A stretch of 64,000 bases of DNA from Syntrophales bacterium (lineage in GTDB: Bacteria; Desulfobacterota; Syntrophia; Syntrophales; UBA2210), in contig DAISYQ010000004.1 of NCBI GenBank assembly GCA_036825195.1, forward strand, positions 73,111 to 137,110, given 5' to 3'. A program made the position numbers and the translations under genes. The notes under the pieces were generated by a model, which saw only the letters and a program-made list of their open reading frames with translations, ran no database searches and was not told where the DNA came from. This document shows, piece after piece, positions 19,710 to 29,866 of the stretch. Position 1 is the first letter of the stretch; each line of letters opens with the position of its first letter.

Positions 19710-19748
19710 AGCCCTGTTTTTCGAAAAGAAAGACGGGGCTGTTTTTTT
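19710..19748 (+). terminator. Rho-independent terminator about 190 nt downstream of the HDAC-like gene
   Basis: AGCCCTGT pairs with ACGGGGCT (8 bp including one GU pair), followed by GTTTTTTT. It ends either a long 3' UTR or a small independent transcript. Confidence 0.55.
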
Positions 19749-19991
19749 GATCCGGTGAGGTTCAATGCTGCATTCCGAGACCATACTAAGATACACTCTT
19801 ATCCCTCTCACAGCTCACGCATCCATGTATGGACCGAAGAGAATGGATCGTATCCATATACAATCATATTGTGATAGTTCATGGTATTGACAGTGGTTGA
19901 TCGATATTGCTCCGGTTTCCGGGATCGGCAACGATGGTGATGCGTACAAGACCGGGATATCACACTGAAACATTGGCAAAGGAGCATAACA

Positions 19992-21401
19992 ATGAACGAT
20001 ACCAGCTATCTTTCAGGGAAACGCCTCTTAATTCAGGACAGTTCTCTCAGAGACGGACATCAGTCGCTGCTCGCAACCCGCATGCGAACCGAAGATATGA
20101 TACCTGTCGCGGAAAAGATGGACGCAATCGGTTTCTGGGCAATGGAGGTATGGGGAGGCGCCACCTTTGACACCATGCACCGGTTTCTGAAAGAAGATCC
20201 GTGGGAGCGGCCCAGAATACTGAAAAAGTATATCAGGAAAACACCTCTTTCCATGTTACTGCGTGGCCAGAACCTGGTAGGATACAGGAACTATCCCGAT
20301 GACGTCGTCCGGTCCTTTGTGGACAAATCGTGTGAGGTAGGGATCGATGTATTTCGCGTCTTTGACGCCCTCAACGATCTTCGAAATTTTGAAACGGCCG
20401 TGGACAGGATAAAAGGGAACGGCAAGATCTTTGAGGGAGCCATATGCTACTCCCTGACAGAACGGCACATGGGAGGGGATGTCTTCAACCTGCAATATTA
20501 TGTGGGCAAGTGTAAAGAACTCGAAGCTATGGGCGCCGATACGATATGCATCAAAGATATGGCCGGTCTTATGGCGCCATATGACGCATATGAATTAATC
20601 AAAATCCTTAAACGGGAGATCCGAGTTCCTCTTCACCTGCACACCCATTGCACCAGCGGCATGGCGCCGCTCACCTATCTGAAGGCTATCGAAGCCGGTG
20701 TAGATATCATTGACACCTGTCTTGCTCCCCTTGCCAACGGAACGTCCCAGCCGGCCGTTGAGCCGTTTATCGTGGCCCTTGGAGGCACCCCTCGGGACAC
20801 GAAGCTTGACCTGAATTCGGTAATAGAAGCGGACGACCATTTCGAGCATGTGATTCCGAAGTACCGCAAATTCATAGTTGAAGACAGGGTCGCGGATATC
20901 GACGTGAGGGTCTTGGAGCATCAGATACCGGGTGGTATGATCTCGAATCTGAAAAATCAACTGCAGGAGGCACATGCCCTGGATCGTCTGCCGGAACTGT
21001 GGATGGAAATTCCCAGAGTACGACGGGAACTGGGGATGCCTCCGCTGGTGACACCGACATCACAGATCGTGGGAGCTCAGGCGGTTCTCAACGTTCTTTC
21101 GGGACGGTACAGGATAATCAGCAATCAGCTAAGGGATCTCGTCTTCGGCCTCTATGGGAAAACACCCGTCCCTGTCGATCCGGAGATACAACAGATCGTA
21201 CTGAAGGGTCACCATGGTGGCAGTACACCCGTTACGGGTCGATCCGCCGATTACATTCCCGCGGAGCTTGAAAGGAATCGCAAAGAAATAGGATCGCTCG
21301 CCAAGACAGAAGAAGACCTCCTGACATACTCGCTGTATCCATCGACGGGACAGCGTTTTCTGAAGGAAAAATACAAAAAAAACCGCAGTCCGGTTACATA
21401 A
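19992..21401 (+). CDS. Pyruvate/oxaloacetate carboxyltransferase subunit (transcarboxylase 5S / OadA-like, no biotinyl domain)
   Basis: 469 aa. Carries the HMGL-like motif IQDSSLRDGHQSLLATRM. The length is too short to include a biotin carrier domain. Confidence 0.85.
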   Translation: MNDTSYLSGKRLLIQDSSLRDGHQSLLATRMRTEDMIPVAEKMDAIGFWAMEVWGGATFDTMHRFLKEDPWERPRILKKYIRKTPLSMLLRGQNLVGYRNYPDDVVRSFVDKSCEVGIDVFRVFDALNDLRNFETAVDRIKGNGKIFEGAICYSLTERHMGGDVFNLQYYVGKCKELEAMGADTICIKDMAGLMAPYDAYELIKILKREIRVPLHLHTHCTSGMAPLTYLKAIEAGVDIIDTCLAPLANGTSQPAVEPFIVALGGTPRDTKLDLNSVIEADDHFEHVIPKYRKFIVEDRVADIDVRVLEHQIPGGMISNLKNQLQEAHALDRLPELWMEIPRVRRELGMPPLVTPTSQIVGAQAVLNVLSGRYRIISNQLRDLVFGLYGKTPVPVDPEIQQIVLKGHHGGSTPVTGRSADYIPAELERNRKEIGSLAKTEEDLLTYSLYPSTGQRFLKEKYKKNRSPVT

Positions 21402-21578
21402 GATCCATCGGCCGCTGATAGAGTCGATCCTTGGTCCATAGGCCGGGCAAAATGTCAGAGACCGGGCTTGACTCCACGAGATGTTCTGGTATTATTGTCC
21501 GCATTTCGCCGTTGTTTCCCGTGAATGTGCATGAACGGTGAACCTGCAGCAGCGATCGTCAAGGAAGGAATTGATACT

Positions 21579-21866
21579 ATGAGCATTTTCGAAGCGATGA
21601 TGTTGATTTGCTTTGGCGTGAGCTGGCCCATATCGATCGCAAAATCCATACGGACAAAGGTCGTTTCAGGGAAAAGCCCTCTCTTTATGGGAGTGCTCTG
21701 CTTCGGCTATGCCTGCGGCATCACGCACAAGCTCCTCTACTCCATGGACTGGATTATCCTGCTCTATATCCTTAATCTGATCCTGGTGTCGATCGACTTA
21801 ACCCTCTATTACCGATATCTGCCGAAAGAAGGCCAGATCGCTGCGGCATCAAAAAGCGGACAATGA
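21579..21866 (+). CDS. Small 3-TM membrane protein, PQ-loop/SemiSWEET-like (tentative)
   Basis: The start is taken at the ATG at 21579 (AAGGAAGG upstream) inside ORF 21525..21866. 95 aa with three hydrophobic segments. The layout ..SWPISIAKSIRTK.. resembles PQ-loop proteins by eye. Confidence 0.4.
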   Translation: MSIFEAMMLICFGVSWPISIAKSIRTKVVSGKSPLFMGVLCFGYACGITHKLLYSMDWIILLYILNLILVSIDLTLYYRYLPKEGQIAAASKSGQ

Positions 21867-21972
21867 CGGATCACGCCTTTCTCACAGGGTAACAGTATTT
21901 CCTCTTGTCCTAGGGATATCGAAGAGACCGGCTGTGGCTCCAGACCGGCCAACTGCGGGACATGGCATGAGG

Positions 21973-22233
21973 TTATCCGTCAAGAATCTTCTTTGTGACG
22001 GAATTGTCTTTCTTTAAGATCTTCGAGCCCCGCGTGATCTTACAGAGGCTTATTCCATACTTAGATGCGATACTCCTCTGGGTGCTGCCCGCATGAAGCT
22101 CTTGCAGAAGCTTCCAGCGGAGAGAAAGATCCTCGATCTCTCTCGGGGTCAGGATCTCCTCCATGAATGTCCTCATTTCCTCAAAATCGGATATGTCTGT
22201 CAATACGTGTATCAGATCATCTTCAGAAACCAT
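21973..22233 (-). CDS. TrpR-like (YerC/YecD family) DNA-binding protein
   Basis: The start is taken at the ATG at 22233 (GGAGG upstream). ..FMEEILTPREIEDLSLRWKLLQELHAGSTQRSIASKYGISLCKITRGSKILK is the YerC/YecD pattern. Confidence 0.75.
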   Translation of the reverse strand: MVSEDDLIHVLTDISDFEEMRTFMEEILTPREIEDLSLRWKLLQELHAGSTQRSIASKYGISLCKITRGSKILKKDNSVTKKILDG

Positions 22234-22396
22234 ATTCTCCTCCGTTTCTACCGGCAGGTACATACCCAAACACACTACAAATGGCAAGATATTTTCCGGA
22301 GATAGAAAGAGGCGGTACGATACACTCCGGCATGGGAAAAGAATGAGACCACCGGCACGGATGAATATTGTTACAAGCCCCGAGTATCAGCAGGGA

Positions 22397-23179
22397 TTAC
22401 TCCATATCTTTTTCGATTACCTTCCTGACCTGCTCAACAAGTTTTTCCCGTGTTTCATAGGTGTATCCTTCAACGGAAATGGGCTTGTGCATTATTATTT
22501 TCATATCGCCCGGCAGAATCCGCAGGCTCTTCTTGGGCAATATGCTTCTCCCCCCGACCACGGTTACGGGGAGTATCGGCACCTGTGCCTCCAGGGCCAT
22601 AACGAACCCTCCCTTTTTAAAGGCTTTGAGTTTTCCATCGGGACTTCTCGTACCTTCGGGGAAGAAGACCACGGAAGAACCGGCCCGTATCTTTTCAACC
22701 GCCACCTTGAGACTTTGCCTTGCCTCTTCAGATTTTCCTCTGTCGATGTAGATATGTCCCACCTTTTCGCAGGCAATTCCGAATATGGGGACCTTCTTGA
22801 GTTCTATTTTCATAACCCATCTCAGCGGCAGCGGCAGATACCCTATGAGGGCAAGCACGTCATAGTGACTCTGATGGTTCGCCATCACTATGTACGGCTG
22901 ATCCTTATCCACAAATTCATCTCCGCTCACCGTCATGGAAACCCCCGACAGCGTCAGGTTCAGTTTAGCCCAGAATTTACTTATAGAATCGACGCCATTC
23001 CCCTCGGAATTGAAGTACGCGATAATCATGGCGAGGGAGGCCACTACGGCAGTATCCACCGCCATCAAGACCAAAAGCAGGGGTCGATAAAGACAAAAAA
23101 CCGATTTGATCACCTTTTCTCGTACCTGCTCACCCGTGAAATCATAAGAAGGAAAATTAATACGTGGCATGCGATACAT
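22397..23179 (-). CDS. plsC: 1-acyl-sn-glycerol-3-phosphate acyltransferase family protein
   Basis: 260 aa with an N-terminal TM segment, the H(X)4D motif (ANHQSHYDVLAL) and FFPEGTRS. Confidence 0.85.
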   Translation of the reverse strand: MYRMPRINFPSYDFTGEQVREKVIKSVFCLYRPLLLVLMAVDTAVVASLAMIIAYFNSEGNGVDSISKFWAKLNLTLSGVSMTVSGDEFVDKDQPYIVMANHQSHYDVLALIGYLPLPLRWVMKIELKKVPIFGIACEKVGHIYIDRGKSEEARQSLKVAVEKIRAGSSVVFFPEGTRSPDGKLKAFKKGGFVMALEAQVPILPVTVVGGRSILPKKSLRILPGDMKIIMHKPISVEGYTYETREKLVEQVRKVIEKDME

Positions 23180-23407
23180 GATAAACCTCCTTTACAAATT
23201 CAATTGGCTACTGCACCGATTCCTTCAATACGGTAAAATAAAAATGAGTTGTTAAGATGGTTTCAGTATAAAGCTAATCCTGGAAGCAATCAAGCTATAT
23301 TGTGAATAAACTTCCGCTGAGCGATAGGTCCGGCATATATCGCTCCCGGTTACGGAGCCAGAAAAAGTCCGGTGCCTTCTTTGCGAGAGGGGTGCCGATC
23401 CGGATAC

Positions 23408-24736
23408 TTACTTTACACGAAGCTTTCTCCTCAAGGTGTACCACTTATCTATCCTGTCTTTAATGACCTTCTCGTACCCTCTGCTGGTGGGAGAATAGTA
23501 TACCTGACCCCGTAACTCTTCAGGCAGATATTCCTGGGGGACCTGGGCGTCGGGAAAGTCATGGGCATATTTGTACCCCCTGCCGTACCCGAGATCTTTC
23601 ATCAGCCTCGTCGGAGCGTTACGGATATGGAGCGGGACAGGAAGGGTGCCCGTTTTCCGTATGTCTCCCTTTACCCTGCCAAAACCGGTATACAGGGCGT
23701 TGCTCTTCGGAGCGGTCGCAAGATAGACAGCGGTCTGCGCAAGGGCAAGCTCTCCCTCCGGAAGCCCGATAAACTGAAATGCCTGAAGAGCGGATACCGC
23801 GACACCCAGAGCCGTCGGATCGGCGTTCCCTACATCTTCGGATGCAAACCGAATCATCCTGCGAAGGATGAAGAGTGGATCTTCACCGGCTTCGAGCATG
23901 CGCCCCAGCCAGTAAAGGGCGGCATCCGGATCACTTCCTCTGAGGCTCTTGTGGAGGGCCGAAATCAGGTTATAGTGCTCCTCTCCCTTCTTGTCGTACT
24001 GGAGGGCCTTCCTCTGAAGCGCCTCTTCCGCTATTGAGAGGGTGATCGTTTCTCCTTTTCCGACAAGCGCCGCAGCAGCCTCAAGGTTGTTGAGTGCCGT
24101 GCGGGCATCTCCATCCGCCGCCCATACCATGTGATCGAGGGCCTCATTATCCACGGACAGGGAAAGGGTGCCGAGGCCGCGCATCTCATCGTTCAGCGCC
24201 CGCCTCAGGATTGTGGTCAGGTCATCGGAAGAATAGGGTTCAAGGACCATGACGCGCGCCCTGGACAGGAGGGGCGATATGACCTCAAAGGAGGGATTCT
24301 CGGTGGTGGCACCGATCAGCGTAATCAATCCACTTTCCACATGGGGGAGAAAGGCATCCTGCTGTGCCTTGTTGAAGCGATGGATCTCGTCGACAAACAG
24401 TATGGTCCTGTTCCGGTGATGGCGGAGCTGGGTTTTTGCCTCTTCAATGATCGCCTTGATATCTTTGACACCGGCGAGAACGGCGGAGATCGTCTCAAAA
24501 TGGGACTTCGTCTCACGGGCAATGATGCGCGCCAGTGTCGTCTTACCGGAACCCGGCGGTCCCCAGAAGATCATGGAGAAGAGATTGTCTTCGGCGATGG
24601 CTCGGCGGAGCAGACTGCCGGGACCTATAAGGCGGGACTGTCCCTGAAAATCATCGAGCGTCTCAGGCCTCATCCGGTCAGCAAGAGGACGGGCCACCGT
24701 CTCTATCTCTTTATGCCCTTCGTCAAACAGGTCCAC
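23408..24736 (-). CDS. rarA: Replication-associated recombination protein A (AAA+ ATPase)
   Basis: 442 aa. Walker [22 protein letters not shown], and a MgsA C-terminal domain. Confidence 0.95.
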   Translation of the reverse strand: MDLFDEGHKEIETVARPLADRMRPETLDDFQGQSRLIGPGSLLRRAIAEDNLFSMIFWGPPGSGKTTLARIIARETKSHFETISAVLAGVKDIKAIIEEAKTQLRHHRNRTILFVDEIHRFNKAQQDAFLPHVESGLITLIGATTENPSFEVISPLLSRARVMVLEPYSSDDLTTILRRALNDEMRGLGTLSLSVDNEALDHMVWAADGDARTALNNLEAAAALVGKGETITLSIAEEALQRKALQYDKKGEEHYNLISALHKSLRGSDPDAALYWLGRMLEAGEDPLFILRRMIRFASEDVGNADPTALGVAVSALQAFQFIGLPEGELALAQTAVYLATAPKSNALYTGFGRVKGDIRKTGTLPVPLHIRNAPTRLMKDLGYGRGYKYAHDFPDAQVPQEYLPEELRGQVYYSPTSRGYEKVIKDRIDKWYTLRRKLRVK

Positions 24737-24816
24737 GTAACGCCACCCCTTGAAATTATATCATCGTACCGTTCGATCTTCCCTGAAGGGGCACCATACC
24801 ATACTTTGAGAAAATT

Positions 24817-25077
24817 CTACATGCCCTTCCGCTTCTTCACGGTATCCGCAATTTCGAGTATGGTGGTCATCTTGTCTTTGGGCGGCGCATTGAAACAGCG
24901 GTTCCACTCATCGTCCGTCAGGTATTCTCTCAGATACTCTTCTACCGGTATCAGGTTCTGCCAGCATCCGAGCGTCCTCTGGCAGGGGAGAGTACCTTGT
25001 TCGCGCCTGCAGTAGGCAAAGGTAACCTCCCCTCCCAGTCGGGGACAGCGCAATATCAAATCGTCAAATCTATTCAT
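24817..25077 (-). CDS. Small Cys-containing hypothetical protein
   Basis: 86-aa ORF between trpB2 and rarA on the same strand. It contains five Cys residues and I recognise no family. Confidence 0.35.
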   Translation of the reverse strand: MNRFDDLILRCPRLGGEVTFAYCRREQGTLPCQRTLGCWQNLIPVEEYLREYLTDDEWNRCFNAPPKDKMTTILEIADTVKKRKGM

Positions 25078-25157
25078 CGCAATCTCATTCTGTTGCCTGA
25101 AGACTGTTGTTGGCCGGTTACGTCATCATAATCCGGACCTTCGGCGTTCATGCTTCC

Positions 25158-26519
25158 TTACGGTTTCGGAAACTGCCCGATAATCTTCTTCGCCCGTTCG
25201 ATCTCATCATCGGGGAGGCGGTAATCGGTCAGCTTTCCGGAAAGATAGGCATCATATGATGCGAGATCTACCAGTCCGTGACCACTCCAGTTGAAGAGGA
25301 TGATCTTCTCCTTTCCCTCTTCCTTCGCCCGCTGCGCCTCCTGAATCACGGCCGCAATGGCGTGGTTCGTTTCGGGAGCGGGTATGAACGCCTCGGACCG
25401 TGCCCACTTCACCCCCGCATCGAAGGTTTCAAGCTGGTTGTACGCCCTGGCCTCGAAGATACCCTCTTTTACCAGGTGGCTGACGATCGGGGCCATACCG
25501 TGGTATCTGAGCCCCCCCGCGTGAATGGGAGCGGGAACGAAGTCGTGACCGAGAGAGTACATGGCAAGAAGCGGTGTGGTCATGGCCAGATCGCCGAAAT
25601 CATACCCGTACGGGGCCTGCGTGAGGGTCGGGCAGGAAGTCGGTTCCGCTGCGACGATCGAAACCTCTTTACCGTGTATCTTGTCGCGTGCAAAGGGCAG
25701 GGCTATTCCGGCAAAATTACTTCCCCCGCCGGCGCAGCCGATAACCACGTCGGGATATTCGCCTATCTTTTCGAGCTGCTTCTGGGCCTCCAGGCCGATA
25801 ATCGTCTGGTGGAGCATGACATGATTCAGAACGCTCCCCAGCGAATAGCGTGAGTCTTCCTTGCCGACTCCGTCTTCAATCGCCTCGCTGATGGCGATCC
25901 CCAGGCTCCCGGGGGAATCGGGGGTCTGGGCAAGGATCTTTCTCCCCGTCTCGGTTATATCGCTCGGACTGGGAAAACATTTGGCCCCCCATGTCTGCAT
26001 CATCAGGCGACGATACGGTTTCTGGTCATAACTGACCCGGACCATGAAGACCCGGCACTCGAGACCGAACATGTTACAGGCCATGCTGAGCGCGCTTCCC
26101 CACTGACCGGCTCCGGTTTCAGTGGAAATCTTTTTAATCCCGAACTCCTTGTTGTAGTACGCCTGAGCGACGGCAGTATTGGGCTTGTGCGATCCCGCGG
26201 GACTGACCCCTTCATGCTTGTAATAGATTTTAACCGGGGCATCGAGTAGTTTCTCCAGATTGTGTGCCCTATAGAGGGGGGTAGGTCGCCAGAGCACATA
26301 CTTTTCAAGTACCTCTTCCGGGATGTCGATCCACCGTTCGGCACTCATCTCCTGTTCGATCAGGTTCATGGGAAAGATCTGAGCCATGTCTTCCGGCTTC
26401 AGAGGCTGACCCGTTCCCGGATGAAGGGGCGGACTCATCGGGGTCGGCATATCGGGCATAATATTATACCACTGCCGGGGAATTTCGTCCTCATTCAACA
26501 ACACCTTTACCTGTTTCAT
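25158..26519 (-). CDS. trpB: Tryptophan synthase beta chain, TrpB2 (stand-alone) type
   Basis: 453 aa. The long N-terminus (..[13 protein letters not shown]..) and the PLP-lysine context [16 protein letters not shown] are typical of TrpB2. There is no trpA or other trp gene nearby. Confidence 0.9.
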   Translation of the reverse strand: MKQVKVLLNEDEIPRQWYNIMPDMPTPMSPPLHPGTGQPLKPEDMAQIFPMNLIEQEMSAERWIDIPEEVLEKYVLWRPTPLYRAHNLEKLLDAPVKIYYKHEGVSPAGSHKPNTAVAQAYYNKEFGIKKISTETGAGQWGSALSMACNMFGLECRVFMVRVSYDQKPYRRLMMQTWGAKCFPSPSDITETGRKILAQTPDSPGSLGIAISEAIEDGVGKEDSRYSLGSVLNHVMLHQTIIGLEAQKQLEKIGEYPDVVIGCAGGGSNFAGIALPFARDKIHGKEVSIVAAEPTSCPTLTQAPYGYDFGDLAMTTPLLAMYSLGHDFVPAPIHAGGLRYHGMAPIVSHLVKEGIFEARAYNQLETFDAGVKWARSEAFIPAPETNHAIAAVIQEAQRAKEEGKEKIILFNWSGHGLVDLASYDAYLSGKLTDYRLPDDEIERAKKIIGQFPKP

Positions 26520-26596
26520 ACCATATTCTCCTTTGTACTATTTATTACCCAGAGATCACATGCCATGCCTCACCTTTCCCGCAGGCACGGCATATA

Positions 26597-26629
26597 CAAA
26601 AACGCCATGAGAAGATCCCATGGCGTTTT
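26597..26629 (-). terminator. Second intrinsic terminator in the trpB2 leader (symmetric, A-run/T-run flanked)
   Basis: AAAACGCCATG pairs with CATGGCGTTTT (11-bp stem, 9-nt loop). Read on the minus strand it is followed by TTTTTG. It lies 78 nt upstream of the trpB2 ATG. Confidence 0.6.
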
Positions 26630-26639
26630 ATTATCGAAT

Positions 26640-26667
26640 AAAAAACCGTGGGATAATCCGCCCACGG
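26640..26667 (-). terminator. Attenuator terminator downstream of the Trp-codon leader peptide
   Basis: Minus strand: CCGTGGG-cggattat-CCCACGG followed by TTTTTT. The 5' arm can alternatively pair with GTCCACG at the leader stop codon, which would form an antiterminator. Confidence 0.55.
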
Positions 26668-26686
26668 CCATTAGACAGTTCGGCAC

Positions 26687-26728
26687 TTACGTGGACAGAT
26701 CAGAGTTGACCTCCCACCACCAGCACAA
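26687..26728 (-). CDS. Candidate trp leader peptide with three consecutive Trp codons
   Basis: Minus strand: TTG TGC TGG TGG TGG GAG GTC AAC TCT GAT CTG TCC ACG TAA, with AGGA 6 nt upstream of the TTG. An in-frame GTG at 26758 would instead give MLVRGPIGNGLCWWWEVNSDLST. The Trp codons occupy 26714-26722. Confidence 0.5.
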   Translation of the reverse strand: MCWWWEVNSDLST

Positions 26729-26879
26729 TCCGTTTCCTATGGGTCCCCGTACTAGCACTACGTCACTGCCTCATAAGTTTCTATCAATAGAAACACAGCC
26801 GAAATCAAATGTCAAGTGAAAATTCGAAAGATCGATTGAATCATAATCCATTATAGTGGAAGAATTACCCGAAAGACAT

Positions 26880-26908
26880 TTGACGAATCTATCCTTTTTG
26901 AGTATAAA
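26880..26908 (+). promoter_or_regulatory. Sigma-70-type promoter candidate for purD-purH-purE-tsaC
   Basis: TTGACG (26880-26885), a 17-nt spacer, then TATAAA (26903-26908). It lies 39 nt upstream of the purD ATG. Confidence 0.5.
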
Positions 26909-26946
26909 CTCAAAACTTACCGTACAATCCACTCAGGGAGAAAAAG

Positions 26947-28272
26947 ATGATCAGAATACTCTTAATCGGAAACGGCGCCAGGGAACATGTCATAGCCGAA
27001 ACGGTAAAACGATCGACTCATCCTGTCGCGCTCTTTTCCTGCATGAAAGCCAACAATCCGGGCATTGCATCTCTTTCGGAAAAGGTGCTGACGGCACGCT
27101 ACGATGACCGGCAGAAGATCGTGCAGTTTGCACGGGAAAACAGTGTTGATTTTGCAATCATCGGCCCGGAGGACCCTTTGAACAACGGCATTGTCGATTT
27201 CCTGAATGAGGAAGGGATCCCTTCCGTGGGCCCGACAAAGAGCCTGGCACGGCTGGAAACGTCAAAGGCTTTCACACGGAATCTGCTGGAAAAATACAAT
27301 ATTCCCGGTAATCCGCGGTTCAGGACCTTCTCTTCTCTTGAGGGAATTGAAGCGTTTATATCATCCCTTGCCGGTGTTGTCGTAAAACCGGACGGCCTCA
27401 CCGGCGGCAAGGGCGTTATGGTCCAGGGAGACCACTTTCAGACAAAAGAGGAGGCCATCGAACTGTGCAGAGAGATTCTCGAAGAACATTCTTCTGTCAT
27501 GGTCGAAGAAAGGTTCGAGGGTGAGGAGTTTTCACTCCAGTGCCTGTGCGACGGCGTAACGGTCGTGGCAACGCCCCCCGTACAGGATCATAAAAGGAGG
27601 TTTGTAGGCGACCGAGGACCGAATACGGGAGGGATGGGGTCCTACTCTCTCGAGGGTCATTCCCTTCCCTTTCTGGAAATGGAAGACGTGGCAGAGGGTC
27701 TCGCCATTACCCGGAAGGTCGCCGAGGCCATCTACCGGGAGACCGGCGAATATTACAAGGGTATCATGTACGGCGGTTTCATTGTCACAAGAGATGGGGT
27801 CCGGTTGCTCGAGTATAACGCGCGATTCGGCGATCCGGAGGCCATGAATATCCTCCCCCTCCTGAAGACGGATTTTGTGGATATCTGCAGGGCCGTTATC
27901 GACGGAACACTGAAGGATTTGACCATAGAATTCGAAAACAAGGCCACGGTCTGTAAATATATCGTGCCCAAGGGATACGGTCTTCCCGCAGATCACCCCG
28001 ATGCCGGTTCCACCTCATCGAAGATCGAGGTGTCGGATATACGTGATGCGAAGCTGTACTACTCATCCGTGGACAAACGGGAAGACGGCCTGTATATGAC
28101 CACATCACGGGCGATCGGTATCGTTGGAATAGCCGACGATCTGGACGGCGCCGAGAAGGTGGCGGAGGGGGCGATAGCATCGATCAAGGGCTCCATAGAT
28201 CATCGGCCCGATATAGGAACAAAGGAACTGATAAACAAGAGAATCCAGCATATGAAAGAGATACGAGGGTAA
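26947..28272 (+). CDS. purD: Phosphoribosylamine--glycine ligase
   Basis: 441 aa. Start MIRILLIGNGAREHVIAE, an ATP-grasp core, and a ..GIVGIADDLDGAEK.. C-terminal region. Confidence 0.95.
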   Translation: MIRILLIGNGAREHVIAETVKRSTHPVALFSCMKANNPGIASLSEKVLTARYDDRQKIVQFARENSVDFAIIGPEDPLNNGIVDFLNEEGIPSVGPTKSLARLETSKAFTRNLLEKYNIPGNPRFRTFSSLEGIEAFISSLAGVVVKPDGLTGGKGVMVQGDHFQTKEEAIELCREILEEHSSVMVEERFEGEEFSLQCLCDGVTVVATPPVQDHKRRFVGDRGPNTGGMGSYSLEGHSLPFLEMEDVAEGLAITRKVAEAIYRETGEYYKGIMYGGFIVTRDGVRLLEYNARFGDPEAMNILPLLKTDFVDICRAVIDGTLKDLTIEFENKATVCKYIVPKGYGLPADHPDAGSTSSKIEVSDIRDAKLYYSSVDKREDGLYMTTSRAIGIVGIADDLDGAEKVAEGAIASIKGSIDHRPDIGTKELINKRIQHMKEIRG

Positions 28273-28278
28273 CAGACT

Positions 28279-29844
28279 ATGAGTAATAAGATACGGAAGG
28301 TGTTGATAAGCGTAACGGACAAGACAGGAATCGTTGATTTCGCACGGGAGCTGAAAGGATTTGATGTGGAGATCCTTTCCACGGGAGGAACGGCCGCGCA
28401 ACTCCGAGATGCCGGCATAACCGTTACCGACGTTTCGGATTATACGGGCTTTCCCGAAATGATGGACGGCAGGCTGAAAACCCTCCATCCGAAGATTCAT
28501 GGCGGCCTGCTTGCCCTGAGGGACAATGAAGGTCACCTCCAGTCGGCCCGGGAACACGGAATCGATATGATTGATATGGTCGTCATCAACCTCTACCGTT
28601 TTGAAGACACGGTGGTAAAGGAGGGGTGTACACTGGAGGATGCTGTCGAGAACATCGACATAGGAGGGCCCACCATGCTACGGGCGGCGGCCAAGAACCA
28701 CCGCTTTGTGTCCGTCGTCACCGATCCGGATGATTACCCCAAGATCATAGCTGAAATGAAAGAGACGGGAGGGATGATATCCGAAGCGACCAACTTCGCC
28801 CTCGCCACAAAGACCTTTCAGCTCACGGCGCGCTATGACGGGGCCATTTCCAACTATCTCGGCTCCATAGAAGGAAAAGACAAGACGAAAAAGTTTCCGG
28901 ACACCTTCACCATCCAGTTCGATAAGGCCCAGGCCCTGCGGTACGGTGAAAATCCCCATCAGGACGCGGTCTTCTACCGGGAAAAGAACGCGCTCCCCTC
29001 ATCCATCGCATCGGGAAAACAGCTGCACGGCAAGGAGTTGTCGTACAACAATATCATGGATAGCGACGCGGCATGGCAGATGGCATGCGACTTCGACCTG
29101 CCGACGGCGGTTATCATGAAACATTCAAACCCCTGCGGCGCAGCAACATCTGACGGCAGTCTCAAAGATGCGTATGTCAAGGCCATGGCGACCGACCCGG
29201 TGTCGGCCTACGGAGGTATCGTCAGCTTCAACAGGCCCGTTGACAAGGAGGTGGCGGAGGAACTGGCTAAAACGTTCGTGGAGGTTATCATCGCCCCCGG
29301 ATTCGATACCGAAGCTCTCGACATACTGACGGCGAAGAAGAATGTGCGCCTGCTGGAGATTCCGGCCCCGTCCGGGACACAACCGGATGATCTCGACTTC
29401 AGAAGGGTTGGAGGCGGTCTCCTCGTACAGGAACGGGATCCGGGCAGAGACGACATCAGAAAGGCGCAGGTGGTAACGAAACGAACGCCCACGGAAGAGG
29501 AATATCAGGCACTCGACTTTGCATGGCGGGTGGTGAAGAATGTAAAATCTAATGCCATCGTCTTCGCGACAAAGGACCAACTGGTTGGGGTCGGAGCGGG
29601 ACAGATGAGCAGGGTCGATTCAGTACATATTGCAAAGATGAAGGCGAATCTGCCCACACAGGGAACCGTCCTCGCGTCCGACGCCTTCTTCCCCTTCAGG
29701 GACGGTGTCGACATGGCAGCGGAGGCGGGCGTAACGGCCATCGTACAGCCCGGTGGATCGATCCGGGACGAAGAGGCCATACAGGCCGCAGACGAGCACG
29801 GTATCGCCATGGTCTTTACGGGCAGACGACACTTCAGGCATTAG
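28279..29844 (+). CDS. purH: Bifunctional AICAR transformylase / IMP cyclohydrolase
   Basis: 521 aa. KVLISVTDKTGIVDFARELKGFDVEILSTGGTA, and the C-terminus ends ..MVFTGRRHFRH. Confidence 0.95.
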   Translation: MSNKIRKVLISVTDKTGIVDFARELKGFDVEILSTGGTAAQLRDAGITVTDVSDYTGFPEMMDGRLKTLHPKIHGGLLALRDNEGHLQSAREHGIDMIDMVVINLYRFEDTVVKEGCTLEDAVENIDIGGPTMLRAAAKNHRFVSVVTDPDDYPKIIAEMKETGGMISEATNFALATKTFQLTARYDGAISNYLGSIEGKDKTKKFPDTFTIQFDKAQALRYGENPHQDAVFYREKNALPSSIASGKQLHGKELSYNNIMDSDAAWQMACDFDLPTAVIMKHSNPCGAATSDGSLKDAYVKAMATDPVSAYGGIVSFNRPVDKEVAEELAKTFVEVIIAPGFDTEALDILTAKKNVRLLEIPAPSGTQPDDLDFRRVGGGLLVQERDPGRDDIRKAQVVTKRTPTEEEYQALDFAWRVVKNVKSNAIVFATKDQLVGVGAGQMSRVDSVHIAKMKANLPTQGTVLASDAFFPFRDGVDMAAEAGVTAIVQPGGSIRDEEAIQAADEHGIAMVFTGRRHFRH

Positions 29845-29866
29845 AATCCCGCCAAAGGAGAGCAGC

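Noticed and set aside
26640-26800. T-box riboswitch idea for the trpB2 leader
   Set aside because: I found no specifier-loop/T-box (AGGGUGGNACCGCG-like) sequence. The GGUGGUGG stretch is better explained as three Trp codons in a mini-ORF with its own RBS and stop.
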